Below are positions 14,355 through 28,290 of a stretch of DNA of 64,000 nt, piece by piece; position 1 is the stretch's first letter; each line of letters opens with the position of its first letter. This stretch comes from Octopus sinensis. Its lineage: Eukaryota. The position numbers were made by a program, and so were the translations under genes. A model generated the notes under the pieces. It was not told where the DNA came from and searched no databases. It saw only the letters and a program-made list of their open reading frames with translations. Location: contig NC_043009.1 of NCBI RefSeq assembly GCF_006345805.1, positions 31,310,001 through 31,374,000 on the forward strand, in the 5' to 3' direction.

Positions 14355-14748
14355 TCAGTAGCTTGTTTACCAACCACATCGCTCCGGGTTCAGTCCCACT
14401 GTGTGGCACCTTGGGCAAGTGTCTTCTACTGTAGCCTCGGGCCAACCAAAGCCTTGTGAGTGGATTTGGTAGACAGAAACTGAAAGAAGCCCATCGTATA
14501 TATGTATATATATATGTATATATATGCGTGTGTGTGTTTGTGTGCCTGTGTTTGTCCCCCTAGCATTGCTTGACAACCGATGGTGGTGTGTTTATGTCCC
14601 TGTCACTTAGCGGTTCGGCAAAAATGATCGATAGAATAAGTACTGGGCTTACAATGAATAAGTCCCGGGGTCGAGCTGCTTGACTAAAGGCGGTACAGCA
14701 GCATGGCCACAGTCAAATAACTGTAACAAGTAAAAGAATAAAAGAGTA
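14355..14748 (+). mobile_element. tRNA-derived SINE (family A)
   Basis: Collinear with 8317-8712; ends in (taaaagag)n. Confidence 0.9.
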
Positions 14749-14774
14749 TATATATATTTAATGTAATAGGATTC

Positions 14775-14900
14775 TTTCAGTTTCCATCTATCAAATCTGT
14801 TCACTAGGCATTGGTGAGACAGAGTCTGTAGAAGAACACTGTTGCTCAAGATACTGCACTGTGACACTGATCCCAAAATGAACTGGTTGTAATGTACAGC
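14775..14900 (-). mobile_element. SINE family A 5' fragment, inverted relative to the adjacent copy
   Basis: ttctttcagtttccatctatcaaatc...gtagaagaacact is the reverse complement of the family A core. Confidence 0.65.
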
Positions 14901-15109
14901 AAACTTCTTAAACTCACACGCATGATTTCACTGAATAATGGACATGGTACTTTTCGCAATTCACTAACAAATCTGACAATCCAAAGGATTACTGCATAAC
15001 TAAGTCAGCACGTTAGCAACATTTACATCTATAATACTGCTTTGTCCTGGCTATTGTTCTTGATCAAATCATCGGTCTATATCACAAGAGCTTTATATTC
15101 TTTTGTATA

Positions 15110-15145
15110 TACATACATACATACACACACCGACACACACACACA

Positions 15146-15180
<35 letters not shown>

Positions 15181-15246
15181 ATATATTATATATTATATAT
15201 ATAATATATATATATATATACAAATATATATATGTACATATACATA

Positions 15247-15299
<53 letters not shown>

Positions 15300-15325
15300 C
15301 ATATATATATATATATATATATACA

Positions 15326-15370
<45 letters not shown>

Positions 15371-15407
15371 CATATATATATATACATATATATATATACA
15401 TATATAT

Positions 15408-15476
<69 letters not shown>

Positions 15477-15495
15477 TGTGTGTGTGTGTATATAT
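15110..15495. repeat. Compound (CA)n/(TA)n/(TG)n microsatellite
   Basis: Direct inspection. Confidence 0.97.
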
Positions 15496-16897
15496 TTATA
15501 TGTGTGCATTTATGTATGTATGTAATTGTGTATGCATTGTAATGAAGCATTTTACGGTAAAATATGGCAAATCGATGCCTACTGACTGCCGTTTATTCTC
15601 TCTTGAAAGATTTATATCAATACCTGCAACCACTTAGTGCCAGTTTTATAGACAATAAAAACACTAAATACATATCAAACACACACAAAATAAACATAAA
15701 TAAAGGAGATATAAATATTTCAGGGAGCTAATGTTGTGTTATAACATGTTTCGATTTACCTGAACTTGTTTCAGTTCCTACCTGTTTGCATTTCGTCCCA
15801 TCTTTCCTTTCATGCGAGATGTATATCAAATTGAATTAACTGTCATACATGTTGTGACCTGCTGCAATAAACCACACAACACCCAGCGGTGGAGGGTGTT
15901 GGGGGCTTAGCCACGGAAATAATATTATCGTTGCATTTGAATAAAGTCAGCCATGGTAAACATCCTTTAGTTTTCATTCAAAGTACCAAGTGAACCCAGT
16001 AATGCAGTAACACTCTCTTATAAATACATGCATACATACATGGAAACAAACACACACATGCACACATATATGTATGTGTAAATATATATGTATGTTTATA
16101 TATGCTTAACATATATATATATGCATACATGTATAAACATGCAAATGTACACACATTATATATACAGGTATGTATACATATATGTATATATATTTAAATA
16201 GACATACACACAAACATGCATACTGTGTATACAGGTATACATACATAGATGTGTATGTATGTATATATGTGTATGTGTGTGCGTGTATATACATACGCAT
16301 ACATACATTATATATACAGGGATGCATACATATCTATGTATATGCATATATACATTTCCATACACACATAAACACACATACACACTACCCATCTATCCCT
16401 AAGTTGGTGTGAGTATACATAAACAATCTTATTGTTAGTTTGTTTTATAGTTGTTTTTATAATTATTATTATTATTTTCTGTTTTGTTTAAGTCATTATT
16501 GTTTCATTTTTCTTTTTTTTTTGCTCACAAAAACAGATTTTATCTCCAGCAAAAACTCTTTTGAGGGACAAAAATACATAAATAAACCACCCCCAATACC
16601 TAGGTTTTGTGTTATCCTCACAGCACAAGTTTCTACGTTTCTGTCTGGCTTCAACTGATTACATTATTGTTGTTAGCATTGGAGTTGGTTATCATGGTCG
16701 TAGTGGCCCTCTATTTGTCTTCTGTTCCAATAAACCTTTATCTTACACTTAGCACACAAACAGTTTATTATTCTTTTATTATCAATTTAATTTAATGTCA
16801 TTTCAACCATCGTAAACCTATTCTATTAGCTTTTTATATATTTCCGTTCATTTATGGCAAAGTCAGAAATTTGGTTGCCCAGTTTTCATTTTGTCAG

Positions 16898-17004
16898 TGG
16901 TGAAGTTTCCTGGCAATATAAACTTTCTCAATGACCGCTGGATCAGTGAAACAACAAAGACATCAGACTATAATAGAGTTCTAGATGTGATTGCTTCCAT
17001 TCGG
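16898..17004 (+). CDS. Candidate 107-nt internal exon (VKFPGNINFLNDRWISETTKTSDYNRVLDVIASIR), unidentified
   Basis: Acceptor ccagttttcattttgtcag|; only the phase-1 frame is open; moderate donor |gtgata; non-repetitive sequence. Confidence 0.25.
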
Positions 17005-17019
17005 GTGATACCCAGGACG

Positions 17020-17450
17020 TTTTTACATCTTTGAAGTCCACTTATCTATGCATGGGTTATTTTGAGTTGGATTTTCTACGGCTGGATACCTTTCCTATCA
17101 ACGCCTTTCACCTGTTTTTAAGCAGGAAGATGTTTCTCTCTGGCCAGACATTTTCATCTTCTTGCCGAGTATTAAAGATGAATGACATTGTTTGTATGAT
17201 AGTGACAAGCATTTACATTTATCCAGCATGTCAAGACAAGGAAACACCAACGCATACACACGTATATGTACTCCACACACACATATAGTGGGCTTCTTTC
17301 TGTTTCTATTTATTAGATCCACTCACAAGACTTTAGTCAGAGTCAGACTATAGCAGGAGACACTTGCATAAGATGCCATGCACTGGATCTGAACTTAAAA
17401 CCTTGTGGTGAGGAAGCAAACTTCTAAACCACACAAAAATGCTTGCACCT
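17020..17450 (-). mobile_element. Adjacent SINE remnants (RTE-tail type 17020-17275; family A head 17288-17450)
   Basis: ttttctacggctggatacctttcct and gacacttgcataagatgcc...aaccacac motifs shared with other copies. Confidence 0.7.
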
Positions 17451-17814
17451 ATATGCCACACCTGTATATTAATGACAAAAAAAAACAAGAAAATAGAAAG
17501 AGCAGGAATTCTGGTTGGCCAAGAGTTTAGTGAGAAAGGAATGGGATTTGCATAATTATAGCAAGGAGGAAGCAGGGTCTATACAAGCAGGCAAAATATG
17601 TTTAACCAGCTAGAAAGAGCAGTTAAATTTCCCTTAAAAAATATCATGTAAACTCACTATGGATAATTTGTTCTTGGATATATCTGTGTGTATGTTTCAG
17701 TGTGTATGCGTCTGAAAGGTAGAGAGACAGGATGGTCATTAATGGAATGATTTTGGTCATCAAACTGATCACTCAGAAATTCTGTGTATCCAAGCAACAT
17801 CAACAAAATAGACA

Positions 17815-17817
17815 ATA

Positions 17818-17891
<74 letters not shown>

Positions 17892-17935
17892 TAGTAATAA
17901 TAATAACAACAACAATAATAATAATAGTAATAATA
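17815..17935. repeat. (AAT)n microsatellite
   Basis: Direct inspection; gives the poly-Leu ORF on the minus strand. Confidence 0.97.
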
Positions 17936-18246
17936 TCAAGCAAAACTCTGAGAGGGAATACATATGAAGGTGAAAACGTATTGGAGTATATAAAATTTAA
18001 TGAGGCTGTGTAGATGTGAAAAAGACAAAAAACATTTATTATGTGAAAACTAGAAAATTAAAATTGATGCAATTCATAACAAAAGAAAATCTCAGGTGAA
18101 TTGAAGTTTTACTGACAAACAGGGATGGTGTAGAGGAGTGGGGATCACCTGAGTTTATTCATTTGTTTCTCTAACATTTGTGTAGCATGCCTTATACAAT
18201 TATTTGTGCTCTATAAAATTAATCTTATTTATATAAAACATATACA

Positions 18247-18323
<77 letters not shown>

Positions 18324-18380
18324 GCACATACATACATGTATATATACATATATGTATACACGTATACACATATATGTGAG

Positions 18381-18423
<43 letters not shown>

Positions 18424-18679
18424 TATATGTGTGTGTGTGTGTGTGTCTATGTGTATATGACTTTTTATGTTTATATATTTGTGTGCGTGTGCGTGGATGT
18501 ATGTATATTTGTATGCACATACACATGTTTAAATATATCTGCATGCATATGTATAGATATATATATTTACATATACACATGCTCACACATTTTCATACAA
18601 ACAGACGCACACATGTAAATGTATATATATATATATACATATAGATAGATAGATCGATAGATAGTTAGACAGATAGATA

Positions 18680-18722
<43 letters not shown>

Positions 18723-18900
18723 TCATATATATACAAATATATACACATATATACACACACACACACATATATATATGTGTGTGTATGTATATACATGTAT
18801 ATACGTGTATATGTGTGTGTGTATATATATGATGGGTGGAGGCCAACCCTGTGTATATATAATAATTATTTGAAAGTGTCAATTTACATTGTTTAAATTT

Positions 18901-19710
18901 ATATATAATGTAATCTTATGTCAAGTATTTTTCAGAAGATATTTTCAAGGCATTCTTTAATCACATCAGTCATTATTCCCTGTTTTCTTTTTTCTTCAGC
19001 AAACTTTATTTCCTCACAATATATTTAACCTGCAACGTTTTTGAAATTTATCTCGATTCACACAACTTAGCCATCCTCATCTCTCTCTCTCTCTCTATCA
19101 ATCTAACCATCTAAAACCCTTTATCACTGACATTAATTGTAAGCATTAAAGACATCTGCAGCAACTAAGAACCTGTCTCATTCTACAGTTTATTGAACAT
19201 AATTACATATTCAATCTTTTTACCAAAAATGAAGCATCAACAACAAAACTAAATAAATAAATAAAATTCCCAGCAAAACAACGGACTACATTTCTTGGAA
19301 TCTTTTTCTCTTTTTTGTAAATAAATTTATCTTTCTTTTGTTTTCAATCTTTCTTTCTTTCTTTTTGTTCTAAATCAAACCATTTGAGTAGATTAGCTTT
19401 GGTACAATCTATAATTAAAGATACAAAAAATACCGAATTAATTACGAAGTAGAGAAAGAATGTGTCAAAAATTAACATTAGTAAAAATTTAGAAATATTT
19501 CCATCTCAAATTACAACAAAATGGAAGAATTTGATTGCCAAGACTGCAGTTAACATCCCAGACAATGGACATACGGATGAGGTTATTTTCTTTTTTAGTT
19601 TGGCTGAAATAAGCTTTGGTATCATGTTTATTTTTTTTCTGATTTTCTTTTATTTTTCTTGTCTCAAAGAAAGGACTGTAGTCCTGGCCTCCACAGTGTC
19701 CCCCCCATTA
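18901..19710 (+). repeat. Left arm of a long inverted repeat
   Basis: Reverse complement of 21812-22633, about 95% by eye (e.g. 19441-19500 vs 22021-22080: 1 mismatch in 60). Confidence 0.95.
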
Positions 19711-20082
19711 AAATAGTATGTTGATGTTAATTTTGTGCAGGTACATCTTCTCACCTGTCAGAAAAGAGTAGTTTGAATAGACTAATGTTTTAAATAACAA
19801 GCAATGGATTTATACAACTTCAAATGCATTATAAAATATATTTTACAAATTACTAACATAACTAGTTATGTTCCCCGACTGTTTAACAAATAAAGCTAAA
19901 AATCTGAATCCCTTTTATTCACAATTTGTATTCTGTAACCCTTTAGTCACTTAAATGTTTCAGTATTTCTAATAATACCATTGAATTCAATAGCGTAAAG
20001 GTTTGGTTCAGTGGCTGAGGGATCAGGGGTTCTAAATACAATACAGGTGTGTTATTGTGTGTTATGTTTGCAGGTGGAGCAT

Positions 20083-20337
20083 ACTAAGCTCTCGACCATT
20101 TTTTACCTATGAACCCCTTTGATTCCTATTTTGCTCTTCAGCCCCACCCTCATAGTCATTTGATGTTGAAAAAATCCTACTATGTCTCTATAATTAAATA
20201 TTATGAGGAACTGTATAAAAAAGCTTTTAATATTTTGTGTATTGTAGAAATATAAACAGTTTATTGCTCATAAACATTTACAATAAAATCATACACAGAC
20301 CCCCAAAGGTCACGTGGACCCTAGTTGGGAACCACAG
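20083..20337 (+). mobile_element. hAT-like MITE
   Basis: Right end gttgggaaccacag and decayed left end ctctcgacc resemble hAT TIRs of the CAGTGGTTCTCAACC type; non-coding interior. Confidence 0.5.
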
Positions 20338-20830
20338 GTCAACACTGATAATTGATAACTAACATAACATCATGAAGAACATTAATAGTCTTAAATTGCT
20401 AACATAGCCAGGAGATGGATGATTTCTCATCCATTTTCTAGTTGGAGTAATGGTCTTTGCCAACCTTTTAATAAACAAAGAGATATTAAAACAAGTATAT
20501 TAACTCTGCAGTCAGGGGCCACATTATCAAAGTGACCCTTGCTGTCTCCATAAAGTTAAATACCAATAATACACTGGTGTAACAGCAGTAGAATGGTAGA
20601 GTCATCAAACAGCCAGATAGCAATTACCTTGTGTATTTAGTGCAGCATATTGCAATTAGGTTTCAAATTATACTGAGCTCAACATTTCATTTCATTCCAA
20701 CTGGCTGGATAACTAAGATGGAAGTCAAGGACTATGGTCGATTTTTCTTTCTTTCCCTCTGCCTGTCTGTCTTTGTCTCCATCTCTCTCTCTCCCCACTC
20801 TCACTTCATCTTTCTTTCCCACTCTCTCAG

Positions 20831-20848
20831 CATCAGCTAAGCAGCTCT
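20831..20848 (+). CDS. Candidate 18-nt microexon (HQLSSS in phase 0, or SAKQL in phase 1)
   Basis: ~85-nt pyrimidine tract ending ctctctcag| and consensus donor |gtaagt at 20849; length divisible by 3. The tract could be a decayed (CT)n. Confidence 0.3.
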
Positions 20849-21811
20849 GTAAGTGGTCACAGGAGATCACAAACGGTCTGCAATGTCAAAACCGATAAGA
20901 GACCATGTTGATAAAATAAAAAACTATCTGCAGAGAGCTCAGGGAAGATACTCCCACTCACACTTGTGTAAGAGCCCCACTAATTGGAGACCCCCTCCCC
21001 CATATGCTCAAGAAAGCATGTCCCTACATTTAGACAAGTCCTTCAACCACCTGTCACACTCATAGAGAAAGCTCAACCTCTCTCATGCTTACTTATAGAA
21101 GAGTCCTCAAATACACTTGGGGAAGATCTTTCTCCCCATACACATCTAGATGAAAAACCTCACTTCTTTATCAGAACAGAACTACATACATACCAAAAGT
21201 TGGTGGTTGTTGAAGATGATGTGACTTGCACTGTCTTAATTAACTTACCTGTTCTTCAAACTCGGTGGCATTGAATCATTGAGAGAATTCTTTATCACAA
21301 TTAATAATTACAATTCTCTGAAATTATTTTATCTTCTGGCAATGCTCTACATTGATTTGAACCAAAATGGTTTTAATTAAATGAAGAACTCAAAAAAATG
21401 CAATAATTAACGTCTGAACAAAAACATCATTTTGTTTTAAAGAAACATTTAAGTCATCCATTATTTAAGTTGTAGTAAGCCAGTGAGCTATAAAAGAAAA
21501 AGCGCAAGCTAATATACGAACCTCCTCTCCTGGATATGAAAGACCTACTTTCTGTGACTCAGTGGGGGGGACATATGGCTGAATAGGGAAAAAGTTTACC
21601 TCACAAACACAAGGTCCTGAGTTCAATTCTACTGTGTGGCATTTTGAAAAAAATGTTATTTTCTGTAGCCTTAGATTTTGTAAGTGAAATTGCATAGAGG
21701 AAAACTGGTAAATTTGTAAACTTCACTGGTTGTTATTTTAAATGTCACTTTTCTGAGTGTTAGAAGGTACACCTGTATAAGATGAACATCAACAATATCA
21801 AATTTACCAGA

Positions 21812-22633
21812 CATAATGGAGGACACTGTGGAGGCCAGGACTACAGTCCTTTCTTTGAGACAAGAACCATAAAAGAAAATAAGAAAAAAATAAACATGAT
21901 ACCAAAGCTTATTTCAGCCAAACTGAAAAAGAAAATAACCTCATCCATATGTCCATTGTCTGGGATGTTAACTGCAGTCTTGGCAATCAAATTCTTCCAT
22001 TTTGTTGTAATTTGAGATGGAAATATTTCTAAATTTTTACTAATGTTAATTTTTGACACATTCCTTCTCTACTTCGTAATTAATTCGGTATTGTTTGCAT
22101 CTTTAATTATAGATTGTATCAAAGCTAATCTACTCAAATGTTTTGATTTAGAACAAAAACAAAAGAAAGAAAGAAAGAACGAAAACAAAAGAAAGATAAA
22201 TTTATTTACAAAAAAAGAGAAAAAGATTCCAAGAAATGTAGTCCGTTGTTTTGCTGGGAATTTTATTTATTATTTATTTAGTTTTGTTGTTGATGCTTCA
22301 TTTTTGGTAAAAAGATTGAATATGTAATTATGTTCAATAAACTGTAGAATGAGACAGGTTCTTAGTTGCTGCAGATGTCTTTAATGCTTACAATTAATGT
22401 CAGTGATAAAGGGGTTTAGATGGTTAGATTGATAGAGAGAGAGAGAGAGAGAGATGAGGACGGCTAAGTTGTGTGAATTGAGATAAATTTCAAAAACGTT
22501 GCAGGTTAAATATATTGTGAGGAAATAAAGTTTGCTGAAAAGAAAAGAAAACAGGGAATAATGACTGATGTGATTAAAGAATGCCTTGAAAATATCTTCT
22601 GAAAAATACTTGACATAAGATTACATTATATAT
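21812..22633 (-). repeat. Right arm of the long inverted repeat
   Basis: Reverse complement of 18901-19710. Confidence 0.95.
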
Positions 22634-22735
22634 GAATCTAAATAATATATAATGATAAGAAGGTAACCAGTATAAAAGTATAAGAACACAGCTAAAAGGT
22701 TGGAAAGTGAAATACCCATATGCCTTTTGTGACTA

Positions 22736-22949
22736 TATGGGAGGATGCTGAAAATTCCAAGCTTTGGGTGAAAGAAAATACAAGAGGATCAGTTAATTAT
22801 GATTTTTTTTAGCATATTCCCATTTCAGATTCATACACTTATTGTAGTGGTCCTTCAGTTTTTCTAAGCCCTGTAACATAACTCGGGAGGTCAAGCCTCT
22901 AACCAGGCCTGTTGCAATACCAGGAACTTTTCAGCACCCCCCCTTCATA
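22736..22949 (-). mobile_element. Mariner-derived MITE
   Basis: TIRs tatgggaggatgctgaaaattcc / ggaacttttcagcacccccccttcata; interior retains the mariner C-terminal remnant GLEKLKDHYNKCMNL. Confidence 0.7.
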
Positions 22950-23296
22950 ATGTAATCTTGTCCCGAATACTGGATTTTCTTTAACTTGAGGCAAAATAAA
23001 TTGCTTTGATGAATTCTTTCATTAACAGCACAGATTTACCCCAGTATTTCCTTGGTTGTACGTATTACCTTATAACTCATATATGTTGTTGCGGAATCTA
23101 ATAGAATACTGTACATTGAGGAGAAGATAATGGTGGGGGTCACAGATATAGCATAGATGCTTGTTGAAGGCCAGATCAGCAGTCGATTGACAGGTAAAGG
23201 AACAATGCCAAGAAGATGTAAAACCTAATGCTATTTAGTGAAGTTTGAAACTGAAGACAGGAAAATTCAGAAGTCAGAGTCTTCAGAAGATACTCT

Positions 23297-23743
23297 AAAA
23301 ACCCATGTAATTTGCACACATTGTAATTTATGCAGGTAATTTTCTGAATAAAATTTGTTAAAAAAAGCTTCTACTCAAGTAAAATTCTCACCCAAAAGTT
23401 TTCAGAATTGCCGATATAGCCAGGGAGGGAAAGATTTTCAATTTAGTTGTATTTAGCATAATTTCATTTATGATTAGATTTAATTAAACTTTCAATAAAT
23501 AAAAATAATTTCTATTTAACAGGTATCACATTGAAAGCTATTAAATTACAAAATGTTTATGTTGTTTATAATAAACTTTATTTTACATTTCTTGCCCACA
23601 AGAGATTATGTCTGATCTTTAGCATATTGCTGTATGTCTTCTCAAATCACGATCACAGGACAAGTTGATAAGAATTACCAGCAAAAACAAATCTGATAAA
23701 TACACACAGGTGTTGCAAATTAAGTTTAATTACTAATAAACAT
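23297..23743 (+). mobile_element. MITE-like dispersed repeat, copy 2 of 2
   Basis: Collinear with 6510-6963. Confidence 0.7.
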
Positions 23744-24344
23744 CAGCTTGGATGACACTTTACTCAACTGAAAAAGGAAGGTGACCAATCAGATTGATTA
23801 TGTAAACAGAATTCTTTTCCACCTATTCTTGTGGGAACCTTCGATATGGAGTACCAAACTTTTAATCCCTTTCACACTTATAAAATGTTAAGCAAACTAA
23901 AAAAAATTGTCATTACCATTATTGTCAGTATAGGCAGAACTTATGAATCGTTTACTGCAAAGGAGAAATTGAATATGTCAAACATGCATTTGAACGTGAC
24001 AATAGAGCTGTCAGAATGCATTTTAATGTTAATGGAGCCAATGTTCGAAATCGGCGTAAACAGTATAACAAACTTAAAACTGTGCCTAGTAATAAACAGA
24101 TAGAAATAAAAACATACATAAATAATGTTATAAGTTCAGCCTCGGTGGAATTTCAACTCAGAAGAGTGTAGCAGCAGATGAAATACTGCTTAGCATTTTG
24201 CCCAGTGTGCTAAGGATTCCACCAGCTTGCTGCCTTAATGATAATAATGATGATGATGATGATGATGGTGATGGTGATGATGATGATGATGACGATGATG
24301 ATGAGAAGGAGGAAGAGGAGGAGAAGAAGAAGGAAAAAGAAGAA

Positions 24345-24578
24345 AGTAAATGATACTGGATCATAGATATAGCATGCCCAGCTGACAACAAGGTATACAA
24401 TAGGGAAGAAAGAAAAGTTGAGAAATATGACAGGTTAGCTTGAGAAGTTAAGCAATTGTGGTCAATGAAAAAGGGGGTAGTAGTATCAATAATTGTTGGA
24501 GCGCTGGAAACAGAGAGCAAAAATCTTGAGAAGTACATGGAGCAAATAGAGGCTGCAATAAGAGTGGAACACTTGCAG
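24345..24578 (+). mobile_element. Dong/R4-clade LINE fragment (restriction-like endonuclease domain)
   Basis: Translates to IIDIACPADNKVYNREERKVEKYDRLA*EVKQLWSMKKGVVVSIIVGALETESKNLEKYMEQI, the D..C/V P....K..KY..L motif of RLE-type non-LTR elements. Confidence 0.85.
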
Positions 24579-25614
24579 TGGAATTTGAACTCTGAATTTA
24601 GTGACAGGCAAAACACCGCTAAGTGTTTCGTCCAGCATGCTAACGATTCTGCCACCTCGCCACCTTGATGATGATGATGATGATGATGATGTGATGATGA
24701 TGATGATGATATTATTATTATCATATTGTTAAAATGGTTTTCCATGATATTTTTACTGCATCACCAATGAGTAAAGTCTTCTGTTTTCTTGTGATGAGGT
24801 GATGATATCACATGGAATGAAATGATTATATCACATAGAAATTTCACAAAGAGTTACTGATGCTAATCAATGCAAAACTAGTTGGTTAGTTTATTTTTTG
24901 CTTTGTTTTTACTTCTTATGAAGAACTGTGTAATACATAGTTATGTTTAAATACCAAAACTATAAAAGATATGTATTTGTTCTTTTTCCTTTTTTTTTCC
25001 TTTTTGCATAAATTTTATCACATATTCCCCATTGCTTTTGTCACATATAAAGATGGAAGTGATTTAGTGTTTAGAAAATGTAGCAAATATTTTTAAAGCG
25101 ATTATCCTGACTTTATCTGTTGTTCCTAATCTTTGAGATAAAATATATGAAGGAATGGTACGGAAATGGAGGAAACGTTCTAGAATAAATCAACAACAGT
25201 GAAATATTCTTGTAAAGAGGTAAAATCATAAAAGTAGACATGAAATATTCAGAGTGTGAATGTGTGAATGATGGGAAAAATAAGGCTTGCAGCTGAGACC
25301 TCCTCCATTTTAATACTTGCAGATGCATTGTGGGTAAACATATTTAAAGTGGCAAGTATATCATTAGCTAGATGGCCTATATGTGTACATATATATGTAT
25401 GTAAATATATATATATATATATATATATATCATCCTCATCATCATTTAATACCCGTTTTCCATGCTGGCATGGGTTGGACAAGTGTAGTGGGTGATTTTT
25501 ATGTGCCACCAGCATGGGAGCCAGTCACACGGCACTGGCATTGGCCACGTTTGGATGGTGCTTTTTACATACTTTTATGTATATATATAGATATATACAC
25601 ACATTTATATATAT

Positions 25615-26575
25615 ATACAAAATTAGGAGAAATGACCACTAAAGTGGACACCTAATATGCTAAACATAGACATCAAATCACCATTACCACGAAGAATATG
25701 TTCTCAAGAAAAATCTCAGCAAAATGCCAAAATGTAAAAATGAGCAAGACAAATGAAAATATACAAAATAAAAAACGATTACCTATGTACCATGGTTTCG
25801 CTTGTTAATATCTACGTATGGAAACATGCTAATATCTGCAAGATCGTCAGCGTAGTCTGTCGCTTACAAAACAAAATTTCCAGAACTAGATACAGAACGC
25901 TCAACCAAAATCGAGTATGTATAAAGTTCTACAATTATATTTGGGTGTATTTTTCAAATGCCTTCACTTTGACATGCTGAGGCCGGAAATTACTCTGCAA
26001 TTACTAAATTTCAGCAGCCAATTTGCCAGTTAGAGAACATTTTTTATTTAAAATTAAACAAAAGGGTAGAAATTGATATTAATCAATTAAAACCATTGGC
26101 TTAACATATTTAAAAAATCCGAAGATTAAAAATTGTGTTACATACAAAATTAAGAGGAATGACCACTAAAATGGACACCTAATATGCCAAATAGAGACGT
26201 AAAATCGTCATTACCACGAAGAATGTGTTTTCAAGAAAAATCTGCTGATGATCTTGCAGATATATGCGTGTTTGCATACGTAAATATTAACAAGTGAAGC
26301 CATTGGTACGTAGGTAATCTTTTTTTATTTCATATATTTTCATTTGTCTTGCTCAATTTTACAGGTTGGTGTTTTGCTGAAATTTTTTCTTGAGAACACT
26401 TTGTTGTAATGGCGATTTGACGTCTATATTTAGCATATTAGGTATCCACTTTAGTGGTCATCCCTCTTAATTTTGTATGTAACACAATCTTTAATCTTTG
26501 GAGTTTTTAAATATGCTAAGCCACTGGTTTTAATTGATTAATATCATTCCTACCCTTATTATTTTATTTTATATA
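25615..26575. repeat. Composite foldback element: overlapping inverted repeats (A-B-D-C-A-B'-A'-C')
   Basis: 25615-25851 pairs with 26244-26478; ~26045-26243 pairs with ~26385-26575; segment A occurs twice in direct orientation (25615 and ~26140). Confidence 0.8.
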
Positions 26576-26579
26576 TATA

Positions 26580-27130
<551 letters not shown>

Positions 27131-27175
27131 AAAAAATATATATAAAATATAAAATTCAAAATTTAAAGTTAAAAT

Positions 27176-27211
<36 letters not shown>

Positions 27212-27340
27212 ATATATATTATATATATATATATATCATCATCATCATCATTATCCTCATCATCATCGTTTAACGTCCGTTTTCTGCGCTAGCACGGGTT
27301 ATATTTACATCTAAATATATCTGTGTGTGTAGATCTATAT

Positions 27341-27402
<62 letters not shown>

Positions 27403-27889
27403 CTGTATGTGTACCTGTAAATATATATATACACACACACACAAACACACATGAATATTCACGCTCACAAACACATATATAGCATACATATGTACATATT
27501 GAAGAACAGATTCAACAGGTCATTGAGACATATATCCACTTATATATACAAGCCTATGCTGTCAGGAAGTTTGCTTTGAAGTCATATGATATGAGGTTTT
27601 GTCCAACTGCATGGTACTTATAGGTTATGCCTCTTCTGCATAGACCTAAGCTAACCAATGCCATGAGTTGGAAATCGGTGGATGAAACAATGCAGGAACC
27701 CATTATGTATACATACATATTTACACACACACACACACACATGCACACACACAGAGTTTAATATCATTTGCGTAATAACATTGTAGCTTGCTTTGCAAAG
27801 CTGTTCTTCTGTTAGCTGCTACCAGATGTTATCATGTATACTGTAATGTAACATTCAGCAACTAATAACTGATAATGCTGTAGGTGATG

Positions 27890-28072
27890 ACAATGATGAT
27901 GATATTAATGATGGGGACAACGGTGGTGACGGTAACGGGGGCGGTGGTGGTAAGGATCATGATGACGACGACGACAACGACACTGATGATGTTGGAGGTG
28001 GTTACGAAGGCAAGGCTGACAATGAGAAGTAAGCGAGTATGATGATGATGATGATGCTGATGATGATGATGC

Positions 28073-28113
<41 letters not shown>

Positions 28114-28186
28114 ATGATGGTGATGGTGATGGTGATGATGATGATGATGATGGCAATGATGACGATGATGATGCTGATGATGATGA

Positions 28187-28221
<35 letters not shown>

Positions 28222-28290
28222 ATGGTGATGATGATGATGATTGTAATGATCATGCTGACGAATACGACGACGACGATGACGATGCTATTG
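27890..28290. repeat. (GAT)n/(GCT)n/(GAC)n compound trinucleotide repeat with internal duplication
   Basis: Direct inspection; explains the poly-M/I/S/A ORFs. Confidence 0.95.

Noticed and set aside
15740-15780. GAAACAUGUUA hammerhead-like helix III on the minus strand
   Set aside because: No CUGANGA box upstream.
15878-15902. 8-bp GC-rich stem-loop caacaccc/gggtgttg
   Set aside because: Too short and isolated; no Helitron CTRR or terminator context.
20853-21274. Overlapping ORFs of 70 and 96 aa in the inverted-repeat spacer
   Set aside because: No recognisable transposase, recombinase or other domain; no coherent splice signals.
19462-22059. Near-identical ORF pair MSKINISKNLEIFPSQ... on opposite strands
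   Set aside because: A by-product of the inverted repeat; short, GTG-started, AT-rich, with no splice context or recognisable domain.
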